Source: an uncultured Chloroflexia bacterium
Lineage (GTDB): Bacteria; Chloroflexota; Limnocylindria; Limnocylindrales; CSP1-4
DNA length: 64,000 nucleotides
NCBI GenBank assembly: GCA_963748625.1
Contig: CAVVJT010000007.1
Coordinates: forward strand, 416,001-480,000
Direction of reading: 5' to 3'
Below, one piece after another: positions 10,686 to 21,080 of the stretch. A program made the position numbers and the translations under genes. The notes below the pieces were generated by a model that searched no databases, was not told where the DNA came from, and saw nothing but the letters and a program-made list of their open reading frames with translations. How positions within the stretch are numbered: the stretch's first letter is position 1; each line of letters begins with the position of its first letter.

Positions 10686-13600
10686 TCATGCCACGGCCCA
10701 CAAGCCGACAGCACCTCGGCCTGCTCGAGCACGAGTCTGCGTCGCCTTCTCCTGCTTGTCGGGCGGGTAGCCGTGCTTGCGCAGGATCCGCTTCACGATG
10801 ACGCGGAGCTGGGCGCGGACGTTCTCGCGGACGGTCCAGTCGATGGTGACGTTGGCGCGGACCTGCTCGGTGAGCTCGCGGGCGATCATCAGGAGCTGGT
10901 CGTCGCCCAGGACCGCGACCGCGCTGTCGTTGACCTCGAGCGCGTCGTAGAAGGCGAGCTCGTCGTCGGTGAGGCCGAGCTGCTCGCCGCGCGGCTGACG
11001 CCGCCCGCAGCTCCTTGGCGAGCGCGATCAGCTCCTCGATGACCTGCGCGGTCTCGATGGCGCGGTTCTGGTAGCGGCGGAGGGCCTGCTCGAGCAGGTC
11101 GGCGAAGGAGCGGGCCTGGACGACGTTGCGCCGGCCGCGGGACTTGATCTCGCCGGCGAGCAGCTTGCGCAGCAGCTCGACGGCGACGTTCCGCTGCGGC
11201 AGGCCGCGGACGTCGGCGAGGAACTCGTCGGACAGGATCGAGATGTCGGGCTTCTTGCAGGCCGGCCGCGGCGAAGATGTCGACGACCTCGTCCGACGCG
11301 ACCGAGCGGCTGACGATCTGGCGGATGGCGTGGTCGAGCTCCTCGTCGCTCTTCCGCTCGGTCGCGGCGCTCTTGGCGAGCACGGCGCGGACGGCCTGGA
11401 AGAAGCCGACGTCGTCGCGGATCTCGATCGCCTCGTCGGCCGGCACGGCGAGCGCGAACGCCGCCGACAGCTCGGTCACGACCTGGAGCAGCCGGGCCTT
11501 GCCGTCCTCCTGCGCGAGGATGTGCTCCTGCGCGAGCGGGAGCAGCGAGACCCGCTCGTCGGCCGGTCCCGGTCACCCACGCGCGACCGGTCGAAGCCGT
11601 GGAACAGGCCGCAGCAGATCTCGTACTTCTCGAGCATCAGCGCGACCGCCTCGCGCTGGTCGATCGCCGTCCGCCCGGTGCCGCCGCTCTCGGTGTAGGT
11701 CGCGAGCGCCTTGCGCAGCTCGTCGGCGAGGCCCAGGTAGTCGACGACGAGGCCGCCCGGCTTGTCGCGGAACACCCGGTTCACGCGGGCGATCGCCTGC
11801 ATCAGGCCGTGCCCGCGCATCGGCTTGTCGAGGTACATCGTGTGGAGCGACGGCGCGTCGAACCCGGTCAGCCACATGTCGCGCACGATGACGATGCGGA
11901 ACGGGTCGGCGGGATCGCGGAACCGGGCCGCGAGCGCCTCGCGCCGGCCCTTGTTGCGGATGTGCGGCTGCCAGTCGAGCGGGTCGGTGGCCGAGCCGGT
12001 CATCACGACCTTGAGCGCGCCGCCGGCGTCGTCGTCGACCGACCCAGTCCGGGCGCAGCAGCGCGATCTCGCGGTACAGGTCGACCGCGATCCGCCGGCT
12101 CATCGTGACGACCATCGCCTTGCCGTCCATGACCGCGAGCCGGTCCTCGAAGTGCGCGACGAGGTCCCGCGGCGACCAGGCGCATCCGGTGCTCGGAGCC
12201 GACCAGCGCCTCGAGCTGCGCCCAGCGGCTCTTGAGCTGCTCCTTGCGGTCGACCTCCTCGCCCTCGGTCACCTCGTCGAAGGCCGGGTCGATCAGCGGG
12301 CGCTCGTCCTCGCGCAGGGTGATCTTGGCGAGCCGGCTCTCGTAGAAGATCGGGACGGTCGCGCCGTCCTTGACGGCGCGCTCGATGTCGTAGATCGAGA
12401 TGTAGTCGCCGAACACCGAGCGGGTGTTGGCGTCGGTCGCCTCGATCGGGGTGCCGGTGAAGCCGATGAAGGACGCGCCCGGGAGCGCGTCGCGCAGGTG
12501 GCGGGCGAAGCCGTCGATGAAGTCGTACTGGCTGCGGTGCGCCTCGTCCGCGATCACGACGATGTTCCGGCGGTCGGAGAGGACCGGGTGCTGGTCGCCC
12601 TTCTCGTCGGGGAAGAACTTCTGGATGGTCGTGAACACGACGCCGCCCGAGCCGACCGAGAGCTTCTCGCGCAGGTCGTCGCGGTCGGTCGCCTGGACCG
12701 GGTCCTGGCGGAGCAGGTCGCGGCAGCGCGAGAACGTGCCGAAGAGCTGGTCGTCGAGGTCGTTGCGGTCGGTGAGGACGACGACCGTCGGGTTCGCCAT
12801 CGCGGGCTCGAGCACGATCCGGCCCGCGTAGAAGGCCATCGTGAGGCTCTTGCCGGAGCCCTGCGTGTGCCAGATCACACCGACGCGCCGGTCGCCGGCG
12901 TCGCCGCCCGGTCGGTCGGCGATCTCGTACCGGCCGAGCTCCTCGGCCGCCTTCGCGTGCGCGGCCCGCGGGGCGCCGCGCGCAGCGTCTCCTCGACGGC
13001 GGCGTTGACGGCGTGGAACTGGTGGTAGCCCGCGATCTTCTTCGCGATCGCGCCGCCGCCCGCGTCCTCGAACACGATGAAGTGGCGGACGCAGGTCGAG
13101 GAACCGGCGGTGCTCGAACACGCCCTCGAGCAGGACCCGGAGCGCCGGCATCGCCGGTCGGGGCGTCGGCCGCGCCGTCGATCGTGCGCCAGGGCTTGAA
13201 CCACTCCTTGCCGGCGCCGAGCGCGCCGATGCGCGCCTGCGTGCCGTCCGACACGACGAGGACCGCGTTCGTCCCGAACAGGGCCGGGATCTGCGCCTGG
13301 TACGTGCCGAGCTGGTTGAAGGCGGACCAGATGGTCGCCGCCTCGTCGGCCGGGTTCTTGAGCTCGATCACCGCGACCGGCAGGCCGTTGAGGAACAGGA
13401 CCACGTCGGGCCGGCGCTCCTGGCCGCCCTCGACGACCGTGAACTGGTTGACCGCGACCCAGTCGTTGGCCGCCGGGTGCTCGAAGTCGATGACGCGGGC
13501 CTGGGCCCCGGCGATCGAGCCGTCGGCGCGGCGGTACTCCACCGTCACGCCGTCGACGAGCATCCGGTGCAGCGCCCGGTTCCGCTCGAGCAGCGTCGGC

Positions 13601-13843
13601 AGCGCGACGCGGGTCAGCTTGCGGAAGGCCTCATCGACCGCCTCGGCCGGCAGGCCACGGGTTCAGGCGGGCGAGCGTCCGCCGGAGCCGGCCCTCGAGG
13701 ATGACGTCGCGGTACCCGGGATCGGACCGCTCCTCGCCGGGCGCTCCGACGGCGATCTCAGGACCGTGGGCGACGGACCAGCCGAGCCCGTGGAGCCAGG
13801 CAAGCGCTGCCTCCTCGACGATGGACTCGCTGAACGTCGTCAT
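10686..13843 (-). CDS. hsdR: Type I restriction endonuclease subunit R (frameshifted in this read)
   Basis: [14 protein letters not shown]; [32 protein letters not shown]; WHTQGSGKS; DEAHRSQY; GFTGTP; [13 protein letters not shown]; QAIARVNR; DUF3387-type C-terminus [33 protein letters not shown]. Confidence 0.95.
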
Positions 13844-14029
13844 CGACGGCAATCGCTTAACAAGATCGGCCCGCAATCGAGCACGAAATGGACGCTCTGT
13901 GCCGCCGCAGTCGACGATAGGCGGCCAGACGCTTGAATGAACTCATGCGGTCGGCACAGCCTCGGTCACTCTCAGAGGTGCCACCCGGATCGTGCGGCCA
14001 CTAGACATAGCCGCTACTATGCTGCACGT

Positions 14030-14089
14030 GGACTGGGGATTCCCGGTCGGCTGTGGGCCTCGACGGATTCGTCGGGGCCTTCTGCTTTC
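14030..14089 (+). ncRNA. Putative small structured RNA convergent with the DUF3800 gene (DUF3800-associated RNA motif-like)
   Basis: Two hairpins, GACTGGG-GATT-CCCGGTC (14031-14048) and GGCCTCGACG-GATT-CGTCGGGGCC (14056-14079), then a T-rich tail. -10-like TATGCT at 14018-14023. Abuts the DUF3800 stop codon. Confidence 0.6.
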
Positions 14090-14830
14090 ATGATGGGAAC
14101 ACCTTGAGTCCCCAGCCCGCCACCTTGCCACCGCGGCTCCGGCGGAGTTTGCGCTCGATCACGTCGTATGCGCGGTTGGGTTGCTGCGGGTCAAGCACAT
14201 GTCGCCCGATCGGCCGGGCGAGCAGATCTGCTACCTGGAGCCCGGGAACGTTGGCCGCCTTGGAAACAAAGCGAGCCTCAAGGTTGAGGGTCACGCCCCG
14301 GTAGTTCTGACGATCACAGACGCGCCGGAACTCGAGTTCGAGTGCGTCATCCTCGCGCTTGCCGCGCATTTCCAAGATGACCGGCGTCGGGGGATTGGTC
14401 GCCCCGTGCTGAGCAAGCCACAAGTACGTCCGCTCAAGTCCGAAGCCGAGAGCAGTCTCATACGGGTTCTCGGGCCAGTGGTACCGGTCGACCAGCAGGT
14501 CCTTGCGGATGACCGACGCGATCACAGTCATCTCCAGGATGTCGATCACGGCGGTCAGCTCGTCCATGAAGGCGGACTTGCGAGCTGGATCGCGAAGGAT
14601 GGAGAAGCTGCCCATGTCTTTGCGGATCTCACGCTCATGCAGCACAACCTGGTCATGACCGAAGTGGCGGAACTTGAACTCCGTGAGCATAGGCAGCACG
14701 GTGCGCGCGTAGTAGGTCTTCTCGAAGATGCAGAACGCGAGCACGAAGACCGGGTAGTGGGCATCGATTGAGGTCAGCCCATGGTCGCCGCTCTCGTCCA
14801 CGAAGACGATGTACTCCCCGCCGGCGTCAT
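14088..14830 (-). CDS. DUF3800 family protein (predicted RNase H-like fold)
   Basis: N-terminal YIVFVDESGDH and C-terminal GLQVADLLARPIG, the DE and QxxD signatures of DUF3800. The likely ATG at 14830 is one base out of frame (G-run indel). Confidence 0.85.
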
Positions 14831-14832
14831 CG

Positions 14833-15790
14833 TCAGAAGCCCAGGACCACGCGACGGAACTCGTCGGCCTGCTCACGCCCGCGTCGCGGATCTCGGAGGG
14901 CATCGAGGTAGATGCGCGTTGCAGCAGCCATCCACCGGCCCTGGTGGAGGCAGCGGAACTTGAGCCCGAAGTCACCTTCAGCCTGGACCAGGACGAGGTT
15001 GAACCCTTCCTCGGCCGACCGTGCGTCCAGGGCTTTGATCACGTCCCCAGGGCGAGAACTGGCCGCGACCCGGATCTGCGTGACGAGCGCGGACGTAAGG
15101 GCTGGGGCGAACAGTGCGGCGGCCGCCACCGCGGTGGCCGCGTAGGCGATCCCGGCCGAGTTGAGGCGCTCCGACGCCAGCGCGCTCAGGTCACCGCCCG
15201 GGCGCCCGAGCATGTATGCCGCCGTCCGCCGCGACTTCGGCTCGACATCCTCTTCGGCCCACAGGTCCAGCAACGCGGCCGGAGACAGGACCCTGCGGGT
15301 GTGGTCGGGCTCGTGCTCGGACGTACCGCGGGCCAGACGCCGGGCGCTCCTGCCGTACGCGCCATCTCGCCCACGCGCGCGCTCCGACGTGCCGAACGCG
15401 AGACGCGCATGGTCGTGCCCGGCAAGCTCCGGCACGAGCAGCGCGGCGTGCTGAAGTCACCGTGACGGCGGCCGAGTCAGCGGATCGCGGCGCCGCGCAG
15501 CGTGATGCGGTCGCCAGCGTCGAGTCGTCGGCGCCGACAGCTCACGTAGCGATCCGGCCTCGATGGCGGTCGTCGCGCGTCGCCGACCCGCGAGTCGCGC
15601 GGACTCAGCCTCGGCAGAGCGACGTCGGTGCGCTGGCCGGGCCCCATCGGTGCTGGTCTGTCCGGCGGGATGCTCCGCGCCGTCAGTCGGCCGAGCAGGC
15701 GCGTCGTAGCGCGAGTGAATCCGCGAGCGTTACGCGGACTCCGCCAACGATCGGACCTCAGCGGGCTCAGCACAGGGGCGGCGCTCGGTC
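14833..15790 (-). CDS. AbiEi-like (type IV TA antitoxin / transcriptional regulator) protein, N-terminus frameshifted
   Basis: C-terminal ALLDLWAEE..YAATAVAAAALFAP..EGFNLVLV..RIYLDALRDPRRGREQADEFRR is typical of AbiEi_2-type proteins. Intact ORF part is 14833-15435 and the 5' boundary is uncertain. Confidence 0.5.
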
Positions 15791-15814
15791 CCAGTGACCG
15801 GCACCGCTGCCAGG

Positions 15815-16945
15815 CTCAGGTCGGTGGCACCAGAGCGACGCAGCTCGAGGCCGAGCCGGCGCGACTCGAAGCGGAGACGTGCTCGTTGATCGCAGAGACT
15901 CGTGAGGACGTTGGGAACTGCGCGTCAGGCCGACACGAAGGCGGTCATGTTGCGGCCGAGCGCGGCCCGGAAGCCCGTCGGGATCTGGGCAACTGCACCA
16001 ACCCGTCCGACGTTCGTGATCACACAGTCGCCCTCTCGGGCCTCGATCCGTGCAGTCCAGAGCGCGGTAGTCATCGTCCGCGACGAAGTACTGGTCGCTG
16101 GTATCCAGCATCCCGTGGTCGCCAATGTTCCCGAGATGAGAAGGGGAAGGCCGGCGACCTGCCGCTCGGGCTTCTTGGCGTGCAACAATCTACGACATCA
16201 GCGAGTGACCCCAGCTGCCGACCATCCACCCGGCGGGATCGGCCCAGATCGGACTCGGCCCAAGCCGGGAATTCGTCAGCCAATCGCGCCGGCAGGACCG
16301 GTTCCTGCCCATCCCCCTTGGCACGAACGGCGTCAAAGTCAACGAACCACGACTTGAAGAGCGCCCGCGCGGTCGCCTCGAGGGTCTCACTCACCCGCCG
16401 GTTCAGTTCGATCTTGTCGTCGAGCGCACCGAGGATGCCGCGATGCGACGCTGTTCGGTCGCAGCGACGGACGCGGCAGCCGAGCAGTCTGGCAAGATCG
16501 CTTGCTCGGATGCCAGAGGCACCTGCTCCCGTGTTGACGACAGACGCTCTCGGATTGCGGACCGCCGCCGCAGGACGACAGGAAGAAGTAGAAGTAGAAC
16601 AAGGGGTCCGCAATGGCCCGGTCGAGCCGCACCCGGATCACGTGCGACTCGAAGGACGACTGGTGCGGGGTCCCCCAAGAAGATCGAGCACTTGCCCGCT
16701 CCGGCCAAGACCAGCGATTGGCGTGCGAATAGCAGGTCGCCCGTCCGCAGGCCAAAGCGCGATTGCTTCCGGTTCCGTCGAGCGGAACAGCGATCCATGA
16801 CAACGTCGCGCAGGCGCCGATGGGCGAACAACGTCGCCCATGTTCACGCATCTTCGTGCCGGCGCCTCGTATTGCCGTCTCGGACGCGTTAGCCCGTTCC
16901 GGGAAGGCTCAAGACAGGCTCCCGAATTCCACGCCCGCTAGTCAC
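15815..16945 (-). CDS. hsdS: Type I RM specificity subunit S (heavily frameshifted)
   Basis: Central conserved region ILGALDDKIELNRRVSETLEATARALFKSWFVDFDAVRAK. TRD fragments GDLLFARQSLVLAGAGKCSI, FESHVIRVRL and REGDCVITNVGRVGAVA. Directly after hsdM. Confidence 0.85.
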
Positions 16946-18489
16946 CGAAGCCGAGCCCCCGAAGGTTCGCCTCGATCAGCGCGTCGAAACGCTCTCCCTC
17001 GGCCACCTGCTCGCGCAGCGTCGCGGTCAGGCGGCGCATCTTGTCCTCGAACGGCTCGTCGTCCTCCTCGGCGTCGGCGGCCCCGACGTAGCGGCCGGGC
17101 GTGAGGACGTGGCCGTGGCCACGGATCTCGTCGAGCACGGCTGACTTGCAGAACCCGGCCTCGTCCACGTACTCGCTCGCACCCTCGTCGCCGCGCCACG
17201 CGTGGTACGTGGCGCGACGTGCGCGATCTCCTCGTCGGACAGCTCGCGGTGGGTCGGTCCACGAGCGAGCCGAGCTTGCGGGCGTCGAGAACAGCGTCTC
17301 GCCGCGGCGGTCGCGGTACGGCCGTCGCGCTTGTCGCGCGCGAGGAACCAGAGGCAGACCGGGATCTGGGTCGAGTAGAAGAGCTGGCCAGGCAGGGCGA
17401 CCATGCAGTCGACGAGGTCGGCTTCGACGATGTTCTTGCGGATCTCCCCCTCGCCGGACTGGGACGAGCTCATCGAGCCGTTGGCCAGCACGAAGCCCGC
17501 GATCCCGTCGGGCGCGAGGTGGTGGAGGAAGTGCTGGACCCAGGCGAAGTTGGCGTTGCCTGCCGGCGGCGTGCCGTACACCCAGCGCTTGTCGTCACGC
17601 AGGCAGGTCGCCGCGCCAGTCGCGAGTCGTTGAACGGCGGGTTGGCGAGGACGTAGTCGGCCTTAGGTCGGGTGGCGGTCGTTGTGGAAGGTGTCGCCGT
17701 GGCCGATCTGGGCGTCGATCCCACGGATGGCGAGGTTCATCTTCGCGATGCGCCAGGTCGTGTAGTTGGACTCCTGGCCGTAGATGCTGATGTCGCCGAT
17801 GCGCCCGGCGTGGCTCTCGATGAACCGCTCGCTCTGGACGAACATGCCGCCGCTGCCACAGCAGGGGTCGTAGACGCGGCCCTTGTACGGGGCGAGCATC
17901 TCGACGAGGACGCGGACGACGCGGGCGGGCGTGTAGAACTGGCCGCTCTGCTTGCCCTCGGCGCTCGCGAACTGGGCGAGGAAGTACTCGTAGACCCGAC
18001 CGAGCGTGTCCTTGGCCCGGTCGGCGGGGGCGCCGAGGGCGATGTCGCGACACGAGGTTGATGAGCTGGCCGAGGCGCTGCCTTGTCGAGGCCCGGGCGG
18101 GCGTAGTCGCGGGGCAGGACGCCCTTGAGGCTCGGGTTGTCGCGCTCGATGGCGTCCATCGCGTCGTCGACGAGCGTGCCGATGGTCGGCTGCGGCGCGG
18201 CGGCCTTGAGTGCGGTCCAGCGCGCTTCCTTGGGCACCCAGAAGATGCTGGCGGCGCGGTACTCGTCGGGGTCCTCGGGGTCGGCGCCGTTGGCGCGGTC
18301 GGCCTCGAGCTCGGCGTGCTTGGCCTCGAAGGCGTCGCTGATGTACTTGAGGAAGATCAGGCCCAGGACGACGTGCTTGTACTCGGCGGCGTCCATGTTG
18401 TTGCGGAGGGCGTCGGCGGCCTGCCAGAGCTTCGCCTCAAAGCCCAGATTGGTACCCGTCTCGGGCTTCGCTCGTGCTGTCCTGGCCAA
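16938..18489 (-). CDS. hsdM: Type I RM N6-adenine methyltransferase subunit M (frameshifted in this read)
   Basis: [32 protein letters not shown]; [11 protein letters not shown]; ANPPFN; [10 protein letters not shown]; [11 protein letters not shown] start after GGAGGG. Confidence 0.95.
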
Positions 18490-18628
18490 GACCCCTCCCC
18501 GTGCCTGATCGGCTGCAGCCCGAGGGTAGCGACCGGTCGTCGGCCGCGCCGCGGACATCGGTAGCATGACGACGGCGTACTCGATGGCCCACGCGGAAGA
18601 GCGTTCGCCAGACCGCCTCGTCGGACGG

Positions 18629-19111
18629 CTACCCCTCGCGGCCTGCTCCCTCCATGGCTTGCCGAGCGGCTGCCAGGGTTGCGACTACGGCCGCACGTCG
18701 AGTCGGGGCGCGATTGAGCGACGACGGCGAGGGGTGGTATGTCGCGAGGCGCTCGATCCCATCGCCCATCGTGGATCGGCCCTCCAGAGCCGCGATCGTT
18801 GCCCGCACGTCGACGAGCTGGCGCGAGGCTGTCACCCCGAGGGCGACGAGCACCTGAGGACTGATCACGGACAACTCGATGTCAAGGTATGGGCGGCACG
18901 CGCGGATCTCGATCGGTGTCGGTCGCCGATCGGCAGGGGGTTGGCACTTCACCGTGTTCGTCACGTAGGCGTTGGCGCGGTCAAGCCCAGCCGCATTCAG
19001 CAGTCCGCCGAGCGACCGGCCGGCAGTTCCGACGAAGGGCACACCGACATGGTCCTCGCTGGCCACCCTGGACGCGATCTGCGCGGAGATCGGACGGGAC
19101 TCCGCGAGCAT
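18629..19111 (-). CDS. Uracil-DNA glycosylase family 4-like domain, N-terminally truncated and in frame with the upstream PLD-like protein
   Basis: [58 protein letters not shown]. No N-terminal CxxC and no clear GE(A/G)PG motif. Confidence 0.75.
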   Translation of the reverse strand: MLAESRPISAQIASRVASEDHVGVPFVGTAGRSLGGLLNAAGLDRANAYVTNTVKCQPPADRRPTPIEIRACRPYLDIELSVISPQVLVALGVTASRQLVDVRATIAALEGRSTMGDGIERLATYHPSPSSLNRAPTRRAAVVATLAAARQAMEGAGREG

Positions 19112-20074
19112 CGGCGGGGTGCGGGCGTCTCGATCAACCCGCTCCGTCCGGGCGGCTGGCGAGAGGATGTGATCAGTGGCGATGTCCCAATACGACGTGA
19201 ACAGGACCCGAAGGTCCTCTCCGTGGTCGCTGGTGATCATCTCCGAGTTCTGTCCGGAGTAGATCGCGGTCACATTGGGCACGTTGCGCGCGGATTCGCG
19301 GCCGAGGATAGCGGCCGTGCGTGGCTGACGTGCCGCGAGGCGTTCACGCGCCAGGCCGACCTGATGCCCTTGGCGGCAAGCTCCCGCCTCAAGTCGACGT
19401 ACTGCTTGCGCGCCTTCGGGCCAGAGTTGTCCGGGAGATCGAGGGAGAGGATGCGAATTCTCCGAAATCCTTCGCGCGTCCGCAGCGTCCAGCAGGGACT
19501 CGAACGCAACGGGCATGAAATGCTTGTCCAGCCACCAGATGAACTCGGAGCACTCCTCGAGGGCACGCCGGAGCCAGAGCTTATTGGAGTATGGAGTGTC
19601 CGGACTAACAAATACCGCGCGTGGTACCGGGTCGGTCGACGCAGGCCGACAGAGGATCTCAATGGCGCCGGACCGCTTGACGTACTTCACCATGCCGGCC
19701 GAATGCATAAGCATCAATAGCGACCCGAGCTTGCGGTCATTCAGTTCGTCCCCGAACCCCTGACTCCGCAGGGCCGTCTCGGCCGTAGCCCGACTGGCTG
19801 TCGACACGCCCGCCAACAGCTGACAGATTGCTGCTGCCGGCGGGTACTGTGCGAGGGCAGCACCGAGAACTGTCCGGGCAGCATCCGTCTCGCCCGTGAG
19901 GAACGTGAGGCGAAAGTAGTCCGCGCCGGCCGCCGTCAGAGTGGATTGCCCGTCGACCAACAGGAGTTCCTGAAGGAAGGCCACCGCCTCCGGATCCTGG
20001 GCGGTTCTGCGCTCGCCCAGAGCCTTGATCACCCCCTCATAGGCGACCCAGGACCTACTCGGGAGCACCGTCAC
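19112..20074 (-). CDS. Hypothetical protein: winged-helix-like N-terminus plus PLD-like C-terminal domain (reads through in frame into the UDG-like domain)
   Basis: PYSNKLWLRRALEECSEFIWWLDKHF..IRILSL..(T)HGRxILG..NVPNVTAIYSGQ..FTSYWDIA resembles HDR-type PLD-like domains. Compensating frameshifts at ~19460 and ~19310. GTG start overlaps the upstream stop. Confidence 0.5.
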
Positions 20075-20840
20075 CGTCCGAGGCCAACTGCGACGCGAGG
20101 TTCTGCAGCTCCGACACAACCTTGCCGATCTGCGCGAAGTCGACAGCCTTGAGGGGGCTCGTCGAGAGGATTTCGAGGACAATCTCGCCAGATGCGATCG
20201 GCCACACCTGGCGAAGCACGGGCGGGGCCTGCGTGGGGCGCTCACGCCGGACAGCCGGCCCGGCTCCCACAGGCTCCGCTCCGCCGGACTCGAACGCGTC
20301 CGCCCCGACATCAGCGATCGGGCTGAAGATCACGTGGGTTGAGTCGGGCGCCGTCGCGATCCCAGCGGCGATCGCGCTAGCAACCAGAGACCTTGTGAAG
20401 TCGTCCCTCGCCGTGATCGAGACGCCGTGCGTGTGGACGGCGTTGTTGCCAAGAGCGGTCAGCTCGAGGGGCGTGTCCTTGGCCACATCCGCATAGGTCT
20501 TTGCGAACACTGCAGCCGAGAAGAAGGCCTTCTGAAGCGCTTCCTTCTCGCTGTCCTCGCTGGTGGGCAGTGCGATCGCCAGCCCGGTCGAAGTCAGAGA
20601 CAGCCGGTCACCCGTACCCGCGAGCACACCCCACTCCCGCATGGACGCAAGCTTCATCCGAAAGGGGCCGCTGTTGTCGGTCTTGTGGCCGAGGTAGGTT
20701 GCGATGGAGGCGGTGCTATGCGTCTTGCCGTACTTGCCGAGCTTCTTGAGAGCTTCCGAAGTGTCTGCCAGATTGAAGGTCGGAAACCCAACGCCGGGGC
20801 GACGCCGTGTCGAGAGGCCGACCGATGAAGGCTCAGTCAT
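20055..20840 (-). CDS. Hypothetical winged-helix-type DNA-binding protein
   Basis: Clean ORF: FPTFNLAD..IATYLGHKTDNSGPFRMKLASMREWGVLAGTGDRLSLTSTGLAI, an HTH plus wing pattern. SD GAGGA. Confidence 0.6.
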   Translation of the reverse strand: MTEPSSVGLSTRRRPGVGFPTFNLADTSEALKKLGKYGKTHSTASIATYLGHKTDNSGPFRMKLASMREWGVLAGTGDRLSLTSTGLAIALPTSEDSEKEALQKAFFSAAVFAKTYADVAKDTPLELTALGNNAVHTHGVSITARDDFTRSLVASAIAAGIATAPDSTHVIFSPIADVGADAFESGGAEPVGAGPAVRRERPTQAPPVLRQVWPIASGEIVLEILSTSPLKAVDFAQIGKVVSELQNLASQLASDGDGAPE

Positions 20841-20880
20841 TCGTGTACTCCGAATCCTCAAGTGAGTTCGTTGAGTACAT

Positions 20881-20909
20881 ACCGTACTGTGCCGGACTCT
20901 CGCCGTCAA
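20881..20909 (-). promoter_or_regulatory. Sigma70-type promoter at the head of the defence island operon
   Basis: Minus strand TTGACG-N17-TACGGT, 40 nt upstream of ATG 20840. Confidence 0.6.
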
Positions 20910-21080
20910 CCCCCGGTAGCTCACCGAGATCGCCGGTGCGCTTCTGCCCGCCCGTTCTCCTGACCCGTCGAACCCGGGGGAGGGATGGCCGCCAGCGTGT
21001 GCGGACAGCTGTCACCGGGCATCCTGGAGCCCGTGCTCGCGGGCGCACCGGCGTAGGATGCGCGGCAAGGGGTGCTCGCG

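Larger units (their letters stand above)
9059..20909 (-). other. Defence island: type I RM plus accessory defence-like genes
   Basis: Co-oriented hsdM/S/R, DUF3800, AbiEi-like, PLD-like/UDG-like and nuclease-like genes. Several have more A/T-ending codons than the flanking core genes. No integrase seen. Confidence 0.7.
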
